NCBI GenBank assembly: GCA_964187785.1
Contig: OZ076409.1
Coordinates: 9,736,001 to 9,800,000, forward strand
Direction of reading: 5' to 3'
From: Amphiscolops sp. MND2022
Lineage: Eukaryota
Length of the DNA: 64,000 nt
In this document: positions 50,302-63,226 of the stretch, one piece after another
Numbering within the stretch: the stretch's first letter is position 1
Layout of the letters: each line of letters begins with the position of its first letter
The notes under the pieces: generated by a model
The model's input: the letters and a program-made list of their open reading frames with translations, nothing else
Told to the model about the DNA's origin: nothing
Databases searched by the model: none
Made by a program: the position numbers and the translations under genes

Positions 50302-51258
50302 ATAGAATGAACAGAATTAATTTAGTTTAGAATGTTTTGCTTTTTCAGTGTCAAAGGCCGTTTATCGAGAAAAAAAAAACGAGAAAAGTGGCAGAAGGTA
50401 AATAAAAGTATTACATGAACTTCGGTGTATCTATTGGGAGGTACTGATTACAGCAGTGTGAATGTGTAATTTGAAATAACACAAGGGTCTATATATAATG
50501 TGTATGTGATGTGTATGTGATGCTCTGGTGATAGGTTGAATGGCCGAACGGTAATATCGCAGAAAAAATTATAGCCGAACCGAATCCAATTCTTAATTGT
50601 GATTGGACGCTCGGATCGACAGTGAACTTTGAATGTGTGACTAGGGATGGCAGAAATCCACGGCGTGACACTTACGTGAAAAACCAAATTCGCATAAATC
50701 CGTGCCATTAGCGTGTAATCGACGATCAAAAGCATTTTTGAAGAATTTTGTTAAACTTTCAGTGAAATGTTCATCCAAGGAAAACGTAATTCTTGTCAGT
50801 TTTTACCAAAACTTTTAGGTTTTGAGTAGTCAATGCGAAAAAAAACTTTTAAAATTGTTACGTGAAAATGTAAATGTAGATTGCGGGATAGTTGTAATAA
50901 AAATGAAGCTACTTCAAATTAATATAGGAGAAAGTGTTTCTTTGCCCGTGAAATCGTGTGCTTTTGATAGATTTTTGTGAATTTCTGCGTGGAATTCTGC
51001 ATTTTTACGTGAAGGTTATAAGGCTGTCAGGGGGTCTATAGGTTGAGCGTATTCGCAGTGGACGACCAATGCGCGTTCGTTTTCGGATAGAAATGGCATC
51101 TGTATTCGCGACGCGTGTTTGGAAATTCCTATTTTTTTCCGTCAAATAAACTGCGCGCTCCTTAATGCGCCAGTCATTGGCAATTCTATTGGAAGTTTCG
51201 AAAAACAAAGTTTCTCTTCAATGTTTCAGTTTATTGGAGGGTTATTTGAGCGCGGGTT

Positions 51259-51839
51259 ACGTCTAAAGTCGGCGCTATATCTGAGGCTGAAAAAGCGCAA
51301 ATTTTAAACCTGTAAAAGCGGGACCATTCGGGTTTTTTGAAAATCCAGTTTGTTGCAAAATATCAAATAAATTGAAGGGGGGACCCTTTGGAGACAAAAA
51401 TATTTCTATTTTTTTTTAATTTTCGAAAAAAAGGAAAAATGAGAATTTTGAACAGTCTCATAGTGCCGAAATACATAAAAAGAGAGACCCTTTGGGCTTT
51501 TTGGCACTTTAGTTTGCTGCAAAATATCAAAACAAAATCTTGAAGGTGGACCCTTTGAAGGCGAAAAAAAATTGGAAAAAAGTCGCAGTGCCGAAAAAAA
51601 ATTGAAAGAGTCGCACAGTGCCGAAAACAATTGCTCGGAAAAGTTTCTGGCTAAGGCAAGGACTCGAACCCGTGACCGCTGGGTTCACCGCAAACCGAGT
51701 AAGACTGTACTGACGAGTACACGTGAACGAGTGAAGTCTGTAAAAAGTGGTACATACACGATGAGGTCTGTGGTCTGACAAAAAAACTAAGTCACTGTAA
51801 TAGTCGGGCTCTTTTCACTAGAAAAGCGCCGACTAAAAA
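51259..51839 (-). mobile_element. HINE copy
   Basis: Same subTIRs (AGTCGGCGC/GCGCCGACT) and body as 16917-17505; terminal hairpin damaged. Confidence 0.7.
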
Positions 51840-52789
51840 GGCAGCCAGTTACTTACTTGAGTTGCTGTGAAACGACGCGTTACTTCGGGCGTCTGAAGCT
51901 AATTCTAGTTTCACACACGACACGCACTCGATTCGCAACGTTGCTATGTCGCGAATACTCTCATTAACTACGCTTAATGCAACGTCATCAATCACTTTAT
52001 GCCAGATACAATTCAACAATTCTGACCGTCAGAAGTTTCACGGATCCTCGGCGCGGTGCACCAAAGTATTCTAGTAAAAAAATTCCGCGTCTAGAAATCA
52101 TCGTGCTTGCTACAACAATGTGGAACCTACACATGTGATAATACTAGTCTCTTCGTTTTTACACGAAGAAAAATGATGTCCAGTTTGCACTTAATCTTTT
52201 ATAACAACAATTGAATTGAAGCGCCCGTTTATGTCTGATTTCCCAACTAAGGATAAATGTTCAATTACATGATGATCAGTACAAAATACTTTCAAGAATA
52301 AAGTTTAGTTGAAAGCAATTTCGAATGCAAGGTGTCTTTTATACATGCAAAGTAATTGACCTAAATACTTCCATCGGTTACGAGTTTTCATTTTCTCACC
52401 AACGAATCAAATTCAAGCACACGAACGTTAACTCCCTCAAGATCAACGGGGTCAAAATCTCTCAAGTTAAAATCTTGGTTACAATCTAAACAAAAAGGAG
52501 TCAAAATATTGTTTTCCCTAGCTTCGCAAGAAATTGAAATCTTGCACTTATCTTGCAAGTTTTTTACAAAACAGCTTATTCTTGCAAGTTTCTTGCTAGC
52601 TGCCAGTCTTGCACGAATCTTGCAAGAGCATGCAAATCTTGCAAGATTATTATTTAGGATCATGCAAGACATCACAGTTATGATAACGTAGTCAAAAGCT
52701 CCACCAATTGTCGAAAATGATCATTTTCACTGCTTTTTGTCCGTTTTTCCAAAACAAAATACGCCTATCATCAAAAGTCTTCATCGTGT

Positions 52790-53540
52790 ACAAAATAAGA
52801 GGGTTATTTGTTTTTAGGAGTCGGAAAAAATTTTCGACTACTTATGCAATCGTGCTGTTTTTTTTTGTTTTTTTTTCTCCCGACCTTTTCATGAAAATTT
52901 CAAATTTCTCAAAAACTGTCCATACGATTTTCACGAAATTTTGCACAATCATTCTACACCCAAAGGGGTCCCTGCGTGTGCAAAGGCATCAAAATCGTAT
53001 GGCTGGGATGTGAGAAACATAGCCAAAATTAGCCCAAAAATGGCCAAAAAACAGCCATTTTTCGACTTTTTTCGATTTTCTCAAAAACTGTCCATACGAT
53101 TCGAACGAAATTTTCTACAGTTATTCTACACCATATAAGAGTCCTATATGTGCAATGGCATCAAAATCGTATGGCTGGGATGTGAGAAACATAGCCAAAA
53201 TTAGCCCAAAAATGGCCAAAAAACAGCCATTTTTCGACTTTTTTCGATTTTTTCAAAAACTGTCCATACGATTCGAACGAAATTTTCTAGAGTCATTCTA
53301 CACCATATTATGGTCCTTTATGTGCAATTTCATTAAATTCGTATGGCTGGGATGTGAGAAACATAGCCAAATTTAGCCCAAAAATGGCCAAAAAACAGCC
53401 ATTTTTCGATTTTTTTTTGATTTTCTCGCAAACTGTTCATACGATTCAAACGAAACCGAGTCAGAAAGTAAAAGACTTAAGCCGACTCCTTTACCGCATA
53501 TGCGGCTCTGGTTTCTATGTCCATCGAAACTGTTTCAAAT
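52790..53540. repeat. Interspersed repeat with three internal ~172-bp tandem units (relatives at ~47985-48320 and, inverted, ~60600-61350)
   Basis: CGTATGGCTGGGATGTGAGAAACATAGCCAAA occurs three times; core GACTCCTTTACCGCA(C/T)ATGC is shared among the copies. Confidence 0.8.
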
Positions 53541-53605
53541 GTCGCTTCTTTTATACAAAGAATAAAGTTTCGGGCCGCATTACTAAAATCAATCTTCGAG
53601 AGATA

Positions 53606-55258
53606 CACTATGGTAGCAAAAAGGGACGTACAGCTGAAAATTGAATTTTATCCAATTTGTGGACCTTCATTTTTCATTCTCAACCGGAAGTGAAATCAAT
53701 CACTCTTGAATTAAGTCCATTGTTGAAAATGGTCAAACCGTTGGATATATGGGTATATACCTGGGTATATCATACAAAGAAATTAAAGAAAAGTTGGGCC
53801 TTAAATCTCGATCGACAGCTCATACAGCTTATCAGCGTTTTTTGAGAACGAATTCTTATGTGGCGAAAAAACTTCCAGGCCGGCCAGAAATTCTCAGCGA
53901 AAAAGAGCAAAGACTAATAGTTCTAAGAGTGGAAAAAGACCTAAAAACAACATTAGAACGAGTAAGAGTACTACAAAACTTTTTCAACGTCAAAAACAGT
54001 TTCTAGATGTACTATTCGAAGAATTGTTTCTAGAAAAGCCGCGGAAAAGGTCAACTTGAACAAAAACAATGACCGATCAGAAAACGCTGGTGCTTGAGAA
54101 TGTTGAAAAAGCCCCTTGGTTTTTATCCAGCTTCAATTTTCCACCGAAAATGGGAAAAAGTTTTGGAATTTTTTGAAAGAAAAATTATTTGGAAAAAATC
54201 TCAAATTGCCGAAAAAACTGAAACGAAATGAAAAGTTTTATCATATCAATCACTTACGTAGTGAACTAATAGCGCTTTTGATGGTGCTCCTAATAATACA
54301 AGACGGGAACATCTAAAGTTGGCGCTAAACCTAAGGCTCAAAAAGCGCAAAGTTGAGAAAATCTGATCAGGACTTTCACGAAAAGACAAAAAACCTCGAA
54401 ACACCAAAATATCACAAAGTTTGAAAGTGGACCGTTTAGTCTCGTTCGGTTTCGTATGTTACGTTCAAAAAGGCCTAAATGAGAGGGGGGACCTCTGCAC
54501 TACCTTAGATGTTCGCTGGCCAGTTTTGGGTGGTACTGTAAACTTGAAGAATGTTTTTTTTTCACTCGATATTTTGCATTTTTGTTTATTTTTGGCCGGA
54601 TGGAAGCTAGGCTTCTGGGAAAACGTCGCATTCTCAGACGAATCCCGCGTGCGCTTGAATAGTGACGGCGTTGTGCGGGTGTTCAGGAAAACTGGTCGTC
54701 GCTTTTGCCCCAAAAACACCCAATGACTAAACAAAGACAAAAGATCTATGATGTTTGGGGGCCATCAGATCAGATGGCAGGAAAATGCTCAATAAATGTC
54801 CAGCAACACTCAACAGTTACGGATATTTGGAGATTTTAAGGCAATACGATCGACATTTGAATATACCGGATTTGGTGTTCCAGCAAGACAACGCCCCAGT
54901 ACACAAAAGTGGAGTTGTTCGCAATATTCTAGCCCAAAAGCAATGGGAGGTGCTGGATTGGCCAGCTTACACTCCTGACCTGAATCCTATTGGAAATATT
55001 TGGGCCATTTTTAAAAAAAGCTTACGAGTTCAGATTGTTACCTGGGGTACTTTAGACGAAAAGGTTATGGAAGTGTGGAACAACATAAACCCTGAAGTTG
55101 TTCGCAACTTGTACTCATCGTATGAGAATCGCCTGGTGAAGGTAATCAAAAACCATGGAAGTTTGACGGGATATTGATTTATTATTTGTTTCAGCGGTTG
55201 TTTCAAATTTTACTCTGTTCTGAGTTTTTTTAAAATGTTACTTTTTGATACCATAGTC
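53606..55258 (+). mobile_element. Tc1/mariner transposon, decayed, with a nested ~0.5-kb insertion (~54120-54606)
   Basis: TA-flanked TIRs CACTATGGTAGCAAAAAG / CTTTTTGATACCATAGTC. HTH region with PGRP; FSDESR, FQQDNAPVH and WPAYTPDLNPIGNIW (catalytic E appears mutated to G). Confidence 0.92.
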
Positions 55259-55686
55259 TATATGAATTGACAAAACTGAGGTGACTGAAGCAAGATTTCT
55301 ATCTATTAAAATCTATTTGAAGCAAGCTTGGAGCGGCCCAAGTCGGCGCCTCATCTAAGGCTCAAAAATGGCAAAAGGACTTCAAAATGTCAAGAAAACG
55401 TTATATCCCAACATTGAAAACGTTATTTCCGAACTTTGAAAGCGTTATATCGGAACTTTGAAAACGTTACATGCGAACTTTGAAGCATATCCGAACTTTG
55501 AAAACGTTTGAACAAATGAACAAAAAAGTGGACCATTCAGAGTGAACTGAAAAGATACCCACTGTAAGAGTCGAAAGTTGTGGTTTCATTCTGAATACTT
55601 TCCTTTCATTCTGAATACTTCGATACTTCGTTTTCCTCGAAATGCGATTGAGAAACGAATTTCAAGTCTTGTTGGAATTGTTTCTA

Positions 55687-56892
55687 GAGGTGTACCGGAC
55701 ATCAAGTCCAGTCCGCTTTCCGGCCGGATTTTTGATGAAATCCGGCCCGAAAAATACCTGAGCAAATGATCGCGCATTAAAGGTTCAAACCTGGAAGTCG
55801 ACACTAAAGCATTTATTGCCACTTTTGAACATTCATTTCTTAAACAGTCAAAAGTTTCCGGCATTTTGATGCCGAAAAAGTATAATTAATGTTTCCCATT
55901 TTTTGGAGCAAACGTGTACTTTGCTTTTTGTCGTACACATTGCCAGGGGTGTGAAAAATATTTTATTTAAATATATTGACAATAAAATGAAAAATTTATT
56001 TTTAGTTTTGTACAATACAATATATTTATTTTTTGATCCAATGTATTTGTGTTTTGGACCAATATATTTTGATATTCATTTTAATATCGGCAAGTATTAG
56101 AACAAATGTGTTATTTTGATTTTTATGCGAAACATTCGAAACTCAATTCAATTTTTCGGCCAAATGTTATAAAGAATTCGGTTTTAGATTTCAGGAAGTT
56201 TCATAACAAAATATGTTCCAACAAGATATTCCAACTTTGAACAAGACGGGAACGTCCCAAGTCGGCGCCATATCTTAGGCTCAAAAATATTCAAGGAACA
56301 ACTATTGGAAATATTTGGAAAGAAAATATTTTTTTTCCGAAAAAAGTATTTGGTAAAAAAGTCGCACAATGCCGAAAAACCTAGAAAGAGGTCATTTAGG
56401 CTCATTCAACGTTTTCTACAAACCGAAAACTTCAAAAAAATGCAAGGGGGTACCCTTTGATAAAATTCGAAAATTTTCGAAAAAAGTCGCATAGTGCCGA
56501 AAAAAACCCAAAGGGGGGAGGGGAAGCATTAAAAAATTTATGGTTTAGTGCGAGAATCGAACCCACGCTCTCCGGCTTGGTCGAAGATGGAAGATGAACA
56601 AATATGAAAGATGAACAAATTGTAAGAAAAGTGGACCACTCAGAGTGAGATTGTCAACTGAAAAAAAACTACTCACTGTAAGAGTCGGGCTTTTTTCCTT
56701 AAGGGAAAAGGCGCCGACTAAAAATAGCATTGAAATACAGTATTTTACATCCCTGCACATTACCCAATTCTGGAAACATTCTTTCATCGCTTCCAGTTGA
56801 GGATAATGCCCGGTCCGACCAGTATCCGTCTCAATTTTGTCTTACGCGGTTGGTTGTACGGTCGGACGAAGGTTTCTTGTCCGGTACACCTG
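55687..56892. mobile_element. TA-flanked MITE carrying a nested HINE
   Basis: TIR AGGTGTACCGGACA/TGTCCGGTACACCT with TA on both sides. Confidence 0.7.
56240..56724 (-). mobile_element. HINE copy, full length
   Basis: AACAAGACGGGAACGTCCCAAGTCGGCGC ... AGTCGGG...GCGCCGACTAAAAA. Confidence 0.75.
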
Positions 56893-57069
56893 TAATTATT
56901 TCCATCCCATTTTAACCCTTAATCAAATATTAATATTATGAAAGAGGTTGTAATCATCGTTTAGCCAATAATAAGTGTTCGCTTATCTGAATCGCTTAGC
57001 TCCTGAGAATTGAAAAAAAAATGCGATAGTATTTACTAGAAAGTATTTCAAAGAGTTTGTTGTGTTTAG

Positions 57070-57112
57070 AACTACACCTCGGGACAACTTTGTCTTTGCT
57101 GCAGACAGATTG
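57070..57112 (+). CDS. UPRT: UPRT homolog exon 2 (43 nt)
   Basis: TTPRDNFVFAADRL; TTTAG acceptor and GTGAGT donor; phase 2 matches exon 1. Confidence 0.88.
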
Positions 57113-57395
57113 GTGAGTCATTCAATGTATTTTGAGTGCTTACGCATTTCTCAAAAACCCAAATTAATAGTCTGATGCAATTCTTGCGTCCATGATGTTC
57201 CGTACAGAGTAGTGTTCTAAAATATCGCAACTCCATTACTCAAAATTCGAAACCAAATAACTAGCAAACTGTCGCAAATAGAAAAATTTGTCATCTACGA
57301 AAGTTTCTGAGAATATTATTTAGTTTACAAAAATGTTTGTTTGAAATTTCTATGACCCATATTGAAAAATAGCAAATTTTAGGAAATTTTATTGT

Positions 57396-57850
57396 TTTTT
57401 AAGGAAAAATGCCCGACTATAGCAGTGACTTTTTTCTTCAGACTACAATCCGCACACTGATCGGTCCACTTTTTAGAAACAATCCTGAAACCACCTAAGG
57501 CCAAGGCAAACTTAGTCCAAATGGTTCCTCTTCCATTTTTTTTACTTTGTCAAGGAAACCTACCAAGCCGGACGTGCCTAAAGGGTCCCCCCTTTGGATT
57601 TTTTTCGGCACTGTGCGACATTTTTTCGAAAATTTTTTAATGTCCCCAAAGGCCCCCCTTCGAGTTTTTTTGAAATTTTGCAACAATGTATGTTAATAAA
57701 TCCAAAAGGCCCCCCCTTTACATTTTCGGCACTATGCGACATTTTTTGAAAGAAAAAGATCTAAAATTTCAAGTTTTTTCCAAAAAAAATGTTTTGCGCT
57801 TTTTGAGCCTTAGATATAGCGCCGACTTTAGACGTTCTCGTCTTGTTTTT
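57396..57850 (+). mobile_element. HINE copy (5' subTIR missing)
   Basis: 3' end GCGCCGACTTTAGACGTTCTCGTCTTGTTTT. Confidence 0.7.
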
Positions 57851-58395
57851 AAATTAAGTGGGTTGAAATCAAAATTTTCGGAGTTTTTTCTATCCGGAGA
57901 CTCCTTATAATCTCCCAAAGCTGTTGAATTGTCCTGATCGAGAATTGGTCTGAAATCGGACAAAATGTACTGTATTTTGTGTCTATGAACACTGCAACAT
58001 ATGTATTAAGATAGGCTAGAAGAATTGTACTTAGAAAATTATTCTAAATCGAAAAAGTTTTTCAATCAAATCATATGACCATTCTCAAGAGATTTGGGGG
58101 CAAATAATTGACTGAAAATGTTTCAAAAATATTTTTTCAACTTTGTGAAAATTGAGAACAAGTGCAAATTTAATGAAATTTCGTCAATTTACAGTTTGTA
58201 ACTTTTGTATTTTTTGTCGTAAAAAATTCAATTTTTGAAAACTACAAACACTTCTAAGAAACTTTCCTAGCTGACAGGTTTTCCTATTCGTGACAGTTTC
58301 CAAGATATTTGGATTTGAAATTTGCAATTTTAGCCAAGGGAGTTGCGATATTTTAGAACGCTACTGTAGAGATCGTTTCCTGTTTTCTTCCACAG

Positions 58396-58528
58396 ATCCG
58401 ACTTATAGTAGAAGCGGGACTGACTCTTCTGCCCTATACAGATGTGAAGGTCACCACGCCCCAGGGAGCTGTGTACGAGGGCCTTAACCACCAACCTGGA
58501 AACTGTGGAGTCTCCATCATGCGATCGG
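58396..58528 (+). CDS. UPRT: UPRT homolog exon 3
   Basis: IRLIVEAGLTLLPYTDVKVTTPQGAVYEGLNHQPGNCGVSIMRS; CACAG acceptor and GT donor. Confidence 0.92.
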
Positions 58529-59297
58529 GTTAGCATCAGTGAATTAGGTTTTACCAAAAATTTAGCATATCGCTTGTTGAGCTTGTGACTGGCCCGCTAA
58601 CGCTTAAGCGGCGCTTTTTGGAATACAACTTTGGATGGTGAACTTCAAAAGCTGAAATTTCTTGACATTTCGAACTTTTGAAAGTTTCGATCAGTTACTC
58701 TTCTCAACAAACTACAACCACCACAAAAGGTAAATCGTTCAGCTGTACTGGTATCGGGTGAAACGCCCAATACAAAAAACCTTAAATGTTAGAGTTAGGC
58801 ACTTTTCGTTTCCAAAATCGCTAAAAACTTTGGCCAATCAGGTAAGCGCAAATTTCAGTCGTCGCTTTCGCTTTCAGCGCTTATTCGGAAATTGCGTCGC
58901 TTTCACTTCTTTTGCGCTTTTGCTTACAAGCGACCTAATTCACTGGTTAGCATCATCATTTTGGAAGTGCAACTCACAGGAAGCTATGAATCTGCAATGG
59001 TCTTAAGTTTTTACGTGGCGGTCTTTTTGAGAGCTCGTTTTTTGTTGAAAATAGTGAAAATAGTTACCATGTTTCTTCTAGGAAGCCCCAAATTTATCGC
59101 AAATTTTCGCCATGAATTAAAGTTAGCAACTTTTAATTGTGAATCAATGTAAAAGATAGGATGATGTCGACATCAATTATTATTTTGTCAGAAATTTCAG
59201 CGCAAACGACTGCGGCCGCTTTTTTCATTTTTTTCATCAATTTGGGTATTTTTCACCACTCTGAGTGAAAGCACTCGGGGCGGTTCTGCGAAACTGC

Positions 59298-59894
59298 TTT
59301 TTAGTCGGCGCTTTTCTTGTGAAGCAAAAAATGCCCGACTCTTACAGTGACCTTTTTTTATTCCAGACCACAGACATCACACTGAAAGGTCACTTTTTTG
59401 TTCACTTGTTCAACCTAAACTACCCATATCCAAAACATGCTAGATACGTCAGAACCTCGTCCAAAACAAAACCGACGTCCAGAACCTCGAAAACATACTA
59501 AGGATCCCCCTTTGACTATCTTTGTGTTTTTAACTTGGATTTTTTCGGCACTATGAGACTTTTTTCCGAAAATTTTTATTGCCCCAAAGGGCCCCCTTCA
59601 TATTTTTCTGATATTTTGCAACAGAATGTATGTTAATGAATCCCAAAGGGTCCACCCTTTCACATTTTTCTGCATTTTGTGGCACTTTCCGAAAGAAAAA
59701 AATCTTTCCTGAAAGAAAGTTTTTTTCAAAAAGTTTTTTTTGTTTCCAGTTGGGGAAAAAGCGGTGTCCGAGTCTTGACTTATCTCGAAGCTGTTTTATG
59801 AGCTTTCCATAAATACGTCCTGGGCATATTTTGAGAACTTTGCGCTTTTTGAGCCTTAGATATAGCGCCGACTTTAGACGTTCCCGTCTTGTTT
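59298..59894 (+). mobile_element. HINE copy, full length
   Basis: TTTTTAGTCGGCGC...CCCGACT at the 5' end; GCGCCGACTTTAGACGTTCCCGTCTTGTTT at the 3' end. Confidence 0.78.
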
Positions 59895-59949
59895 GAGCTT
59901 TAAGCGGGGGGCGGCGACTTGAGAAGGTCTTGTCTTGTTGTCATTAAAG

Positions 59950-60210
59950 GAGAGGCGATGGAAAAGGGTCTGCGAGAGTGTTGCAAGTCGATGAGGATTG
60001 GCAAGATTCTGGTGACGACAGACGAAGACACGGGCGTGGCCAATGTGTGCTACCTCAAACTGCCGGCAGACATCGGAAAGCGCAAGGTGCTGCTACTGTA
60101 CCCCATCATCAAGTCGGGGGACACTTGTGTGAAGGCCATAGAGAAGCTGCTGGAGAACCACGTGAAACAAAGCAATATTCTGCTACTTAACTTATTCGCC
60201 ACCCACGAGG
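59950..60210 (+). CDS. UPRT: UPRT homolog exon 4 (final exon not found in the window)
   Basis: GEAMEKGLRECCKSMRIGKILV...KVLLLYPIIKSGDT...LLNLFATHEG; YP in place of DP as in animal UPRT homologs. Confidence 0.92.
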
Positions 60211-60221
60211 GTTAGCCGTCG

Positions 60222-60563
60222 TAGGGCCAGCAGAAAATCACGCGCGAACATGCCCAAAAATCACGCACTTACTCGCGCTATTTTGAATCGAAAATCACGC
60301 TAAACTCCTGGACAAATATTGGAACAATAGCTCAATTCAGTCCAATTTTCCAGAGTTTATGAACAAAAACAGCAGTTGTTTGACAATTTCTGGGTCCAGA
60401 CTTTGGCGGGTTGAAGTGGCAATATTTTAAAACTAGAATAGTTACTTCAAAACCATCATTTTCCGCCAATTGCTAGTTCCGCTGTAAAATCACGCTGTCA
60501 CGGAGCATTCTAATTGGCTAGAAAAACACGCTAATTCACGAGCATGATTTTACGATGGCTCTA
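60222..60563. mobile_element. Probable hAT-type MITE
   Basis: TAGGGCCA...TGGCTCTA ends with AAAATCACGC subterminal repeats; degenerate 8-bp TSD (5/8). Confidence 0.5.
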
Positions 60564-61422
60564 GTTCGTCGTAGTTTGCTGATATTTCTATACAGGGTTG
60601 AAGAAAAACATGGTGTTTGAAAAACGTTTTAAAACAAAAACAGCGAAGATTGTATTTCACATAATACCGATGAACATTCGTTAAATGAAAGTCGGTTTTT
60701 CAAGGTTTTTGATGTCCAATCGGTTTCTCAGATCGGTTTGAATAAAAGCCACTGTGCTGAACATTCGTTCGAGCGCAGCCAATGAAGGTGAAAACTTCCC
60801 AAGTTTGAATGCCAACCCACCCAAATTTGTAATGTGATACTTTAGAAAATTTATTCTGCAAAATAGACATTCCGAATTCTGAGGAAACCGCCAGTTCTAA
60901 ACATTGCAACCCTGCGAGAAAACTAAAGCAGCATGTGCGGTAAAGGAGTCGGAAATGGATCAAAATATTGAAAAACAAATTATTGTAGTATTTATTAATT
61001 TTTGATCTTTTTTGGACTAATTTTGGCTATGTTTCTCAGATCCCAGTCATACAATTTTGATGTCATTGCGCACGCAGGAGCACATTTGGGTGTAGAATAA
61101 CGGTGCTAAATAATATTTAAAAAAATATTATGGACCGGTTTTGAGAAATTTGAAATTCACATTGAAAGGTCAGGAGAAAAAAGGTAGGATTGCTTCAGTA
61201 CTCGCAAATGTTTTTCGACTCCTAAAAGTGTTTTGAACGTTTACAACAAAAACAGCGAGGATTGTATTTCACAGAATACCTATGAACATTCGTTTAATGA
61301 AAGTAAGTTTTTCAAGGTTTTGTGATGTCCAATCGGTTTCTCAGATCGCTCAGATAGCTTTGGCTGCCAACTTTGACTTTCGGCAATTCTGAAGTCTTAT
61401 AAAATGAAAAACAAACCAAATC

Positions 61423-63226
61423 ATGAAAGACCGAGTGTTCATACTCTTAATGATTACGCAAATCGGTCCTATTTTATCAAACAAGATAAACGTCTCCTAT
61501 GAAGATAAGATTCCTAGAAACTCAACAAGTATGGTACTTAAGGAAACCACCCCCAACGAAGTCTCCAAGATTTTAAAATCTTTGAAAAACAAGTACAGTA
61601 CTGGTCCTGATGGAATTAGTAATGCAATATTAAAGTGCTGCTCACCAATCATTGAAACTTATCTTTGTACATTTATTAATCGATGCATTCAGGGACAGGC
61701 ATTTCCACGACAGCTAAAAATAGCTAAAGTTATAGCACTATACAAAAAAAGATGAACTGTTACCTGAAAACTACAGGCCTATAAGTTTGTTGAGCACAAT
61801 CTCAAAAATTTTCGAAAAAGTCATTTATAAGCAGATGTACAGTTTCTTGTCCAAAAACAAACTTTTTTCACCAAGTCAGTTCGGCTTTAGGGAAAAACGG
61901 AGTTGCATTCACGCAGTCTGTGAAGTAACCGATTACATTCGAAGTAAAATTGATGAAATAGTGGCAATGCTTGTTTGATTGATATCAGAAAAGCATTTGA
62001 CACCCTAGATCACAAAATATTACTTAAGAAGGAAAATATGGCTTTATAGGACCGATATACAATCTCATGGCGAACTATATGTCAGACCGTTGGCAATACG
62101 TAATCCATGATGAAATCAAATCTACCATGAAATCGATTGTCACTGGTGTCCCGCAGGGATCAATTTTGGGGCCCTTCTTGTTTCTTTTATATATAAAAGA
62201 CCTACCGTCAACCTCTAAAAATAGTAAGATCTCTTTTTGCTGATGATACCATAGTATGCAATATGAATAAATACTCGGATAACGAAATCACCGACGATAT
62301 CCAAAGAATAACATCCTGGTTTAGACCGAATAAACTAACAGTCAGTACTGAAAAATGCGAATCTATTGGATTCCGAAATGCGTCACCAGTGAATGAATCT
62401 GCCTTTGGGCAAAAAGTTGAGTTGAAAAACAGTTGTGAATACTTGGGACTTTTATTTGACAGTAAGCTAGATTTCAAAAATCATATCAAAATGATCACAA
62501 AGAAATTAAACAGATTGGGTGGATTAATTTACAGGATACGAGAATTGTACCCAAGAAAATGTCTCAGTTTGTTCTATAATTCATACGGTAAATCTATTAT
62601 AAGTTATGGTCTGCTGGCATATGGAGCCACTACAAAAGCAAGTTTAGAACCAATTGAAAAAGCTCAGTGGAGGATTTTTGGATCAATGTTTTTCAAAAAA
62701 CAATCCGACTCACTGCTTTATATAAAGGAAGAAAATCAGCTGCAAACGGTTTTCGAACTTTACATAAACGAATTGCTCCATGAATTGATCAACGAAATCA
62801 GAGGAAACTCACCATTCAATTTTTTGAAATCTGTTTTTTTCCCGCAAAAGTAAAAAAGGAAAAAGGACTGATACCATCGGTTTACACCCGTACAAAACGC
62901 TGTCAATGATCTTTAAAAATATCATTTTTAAAACTCCATAATTGGTGAAAAGAAAACAGTTTGCTACCAGAAAATATCGAAAAAATGAGTAAAGCTAGTT
63001 GCGCAGCGCTTATTAAAAAAATGAATAGCAACTATATTACCAATAACAGAGATTTACATAATTTATTTTTACTAGGTCATATTATTAAAGTATCTCCTGA
63101 AAATTTATTTTGATGGTTCTCTAGGCGGGAGCATTGGAAGAGTTGAAAAACTCATTTCCCGTCCTTGTTGATTGTATTGTTACTTTTGTAATTTTATATT
63201 CAACGAAATCAATTTAACCTTAACCT
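61423..63226 (+). mobile_element. 5'-truncated decayed LINE (CR1/L2-group-like reverse transcriptase)
   Basis: STGPDGIS, PENYRPISLLSTISKIFEKV, QFGFR, KAFDTLDH, GVPQGSILGP and FADDT across frameshifts; 3' end TAACCTTAACCT. Confidence 0.88.

Noticed and set aside
52388..53644. Cluster of 60-100 aa ORFs
   Set aside because: Translations of CTTGCAAG-rich and 172-bp tandem repeats with no protein-like signal.
55390..55510. ~21-bp tandem repeats (GAAAACGTTATATCCGAACTTT) as a regulatory array
   Set aside because: Minisatellite within a HINE-related copy; no spacers and no adjacent gene start.
59919..60215. Uridine-cytidine kinase-like 1 (UCKL1)
   Set aside because: No kinase domain exons; GNCGVSIMRSGEAME, LLLYP and RELQTIIRDK fit the stand-alone animal UPRT homolog.
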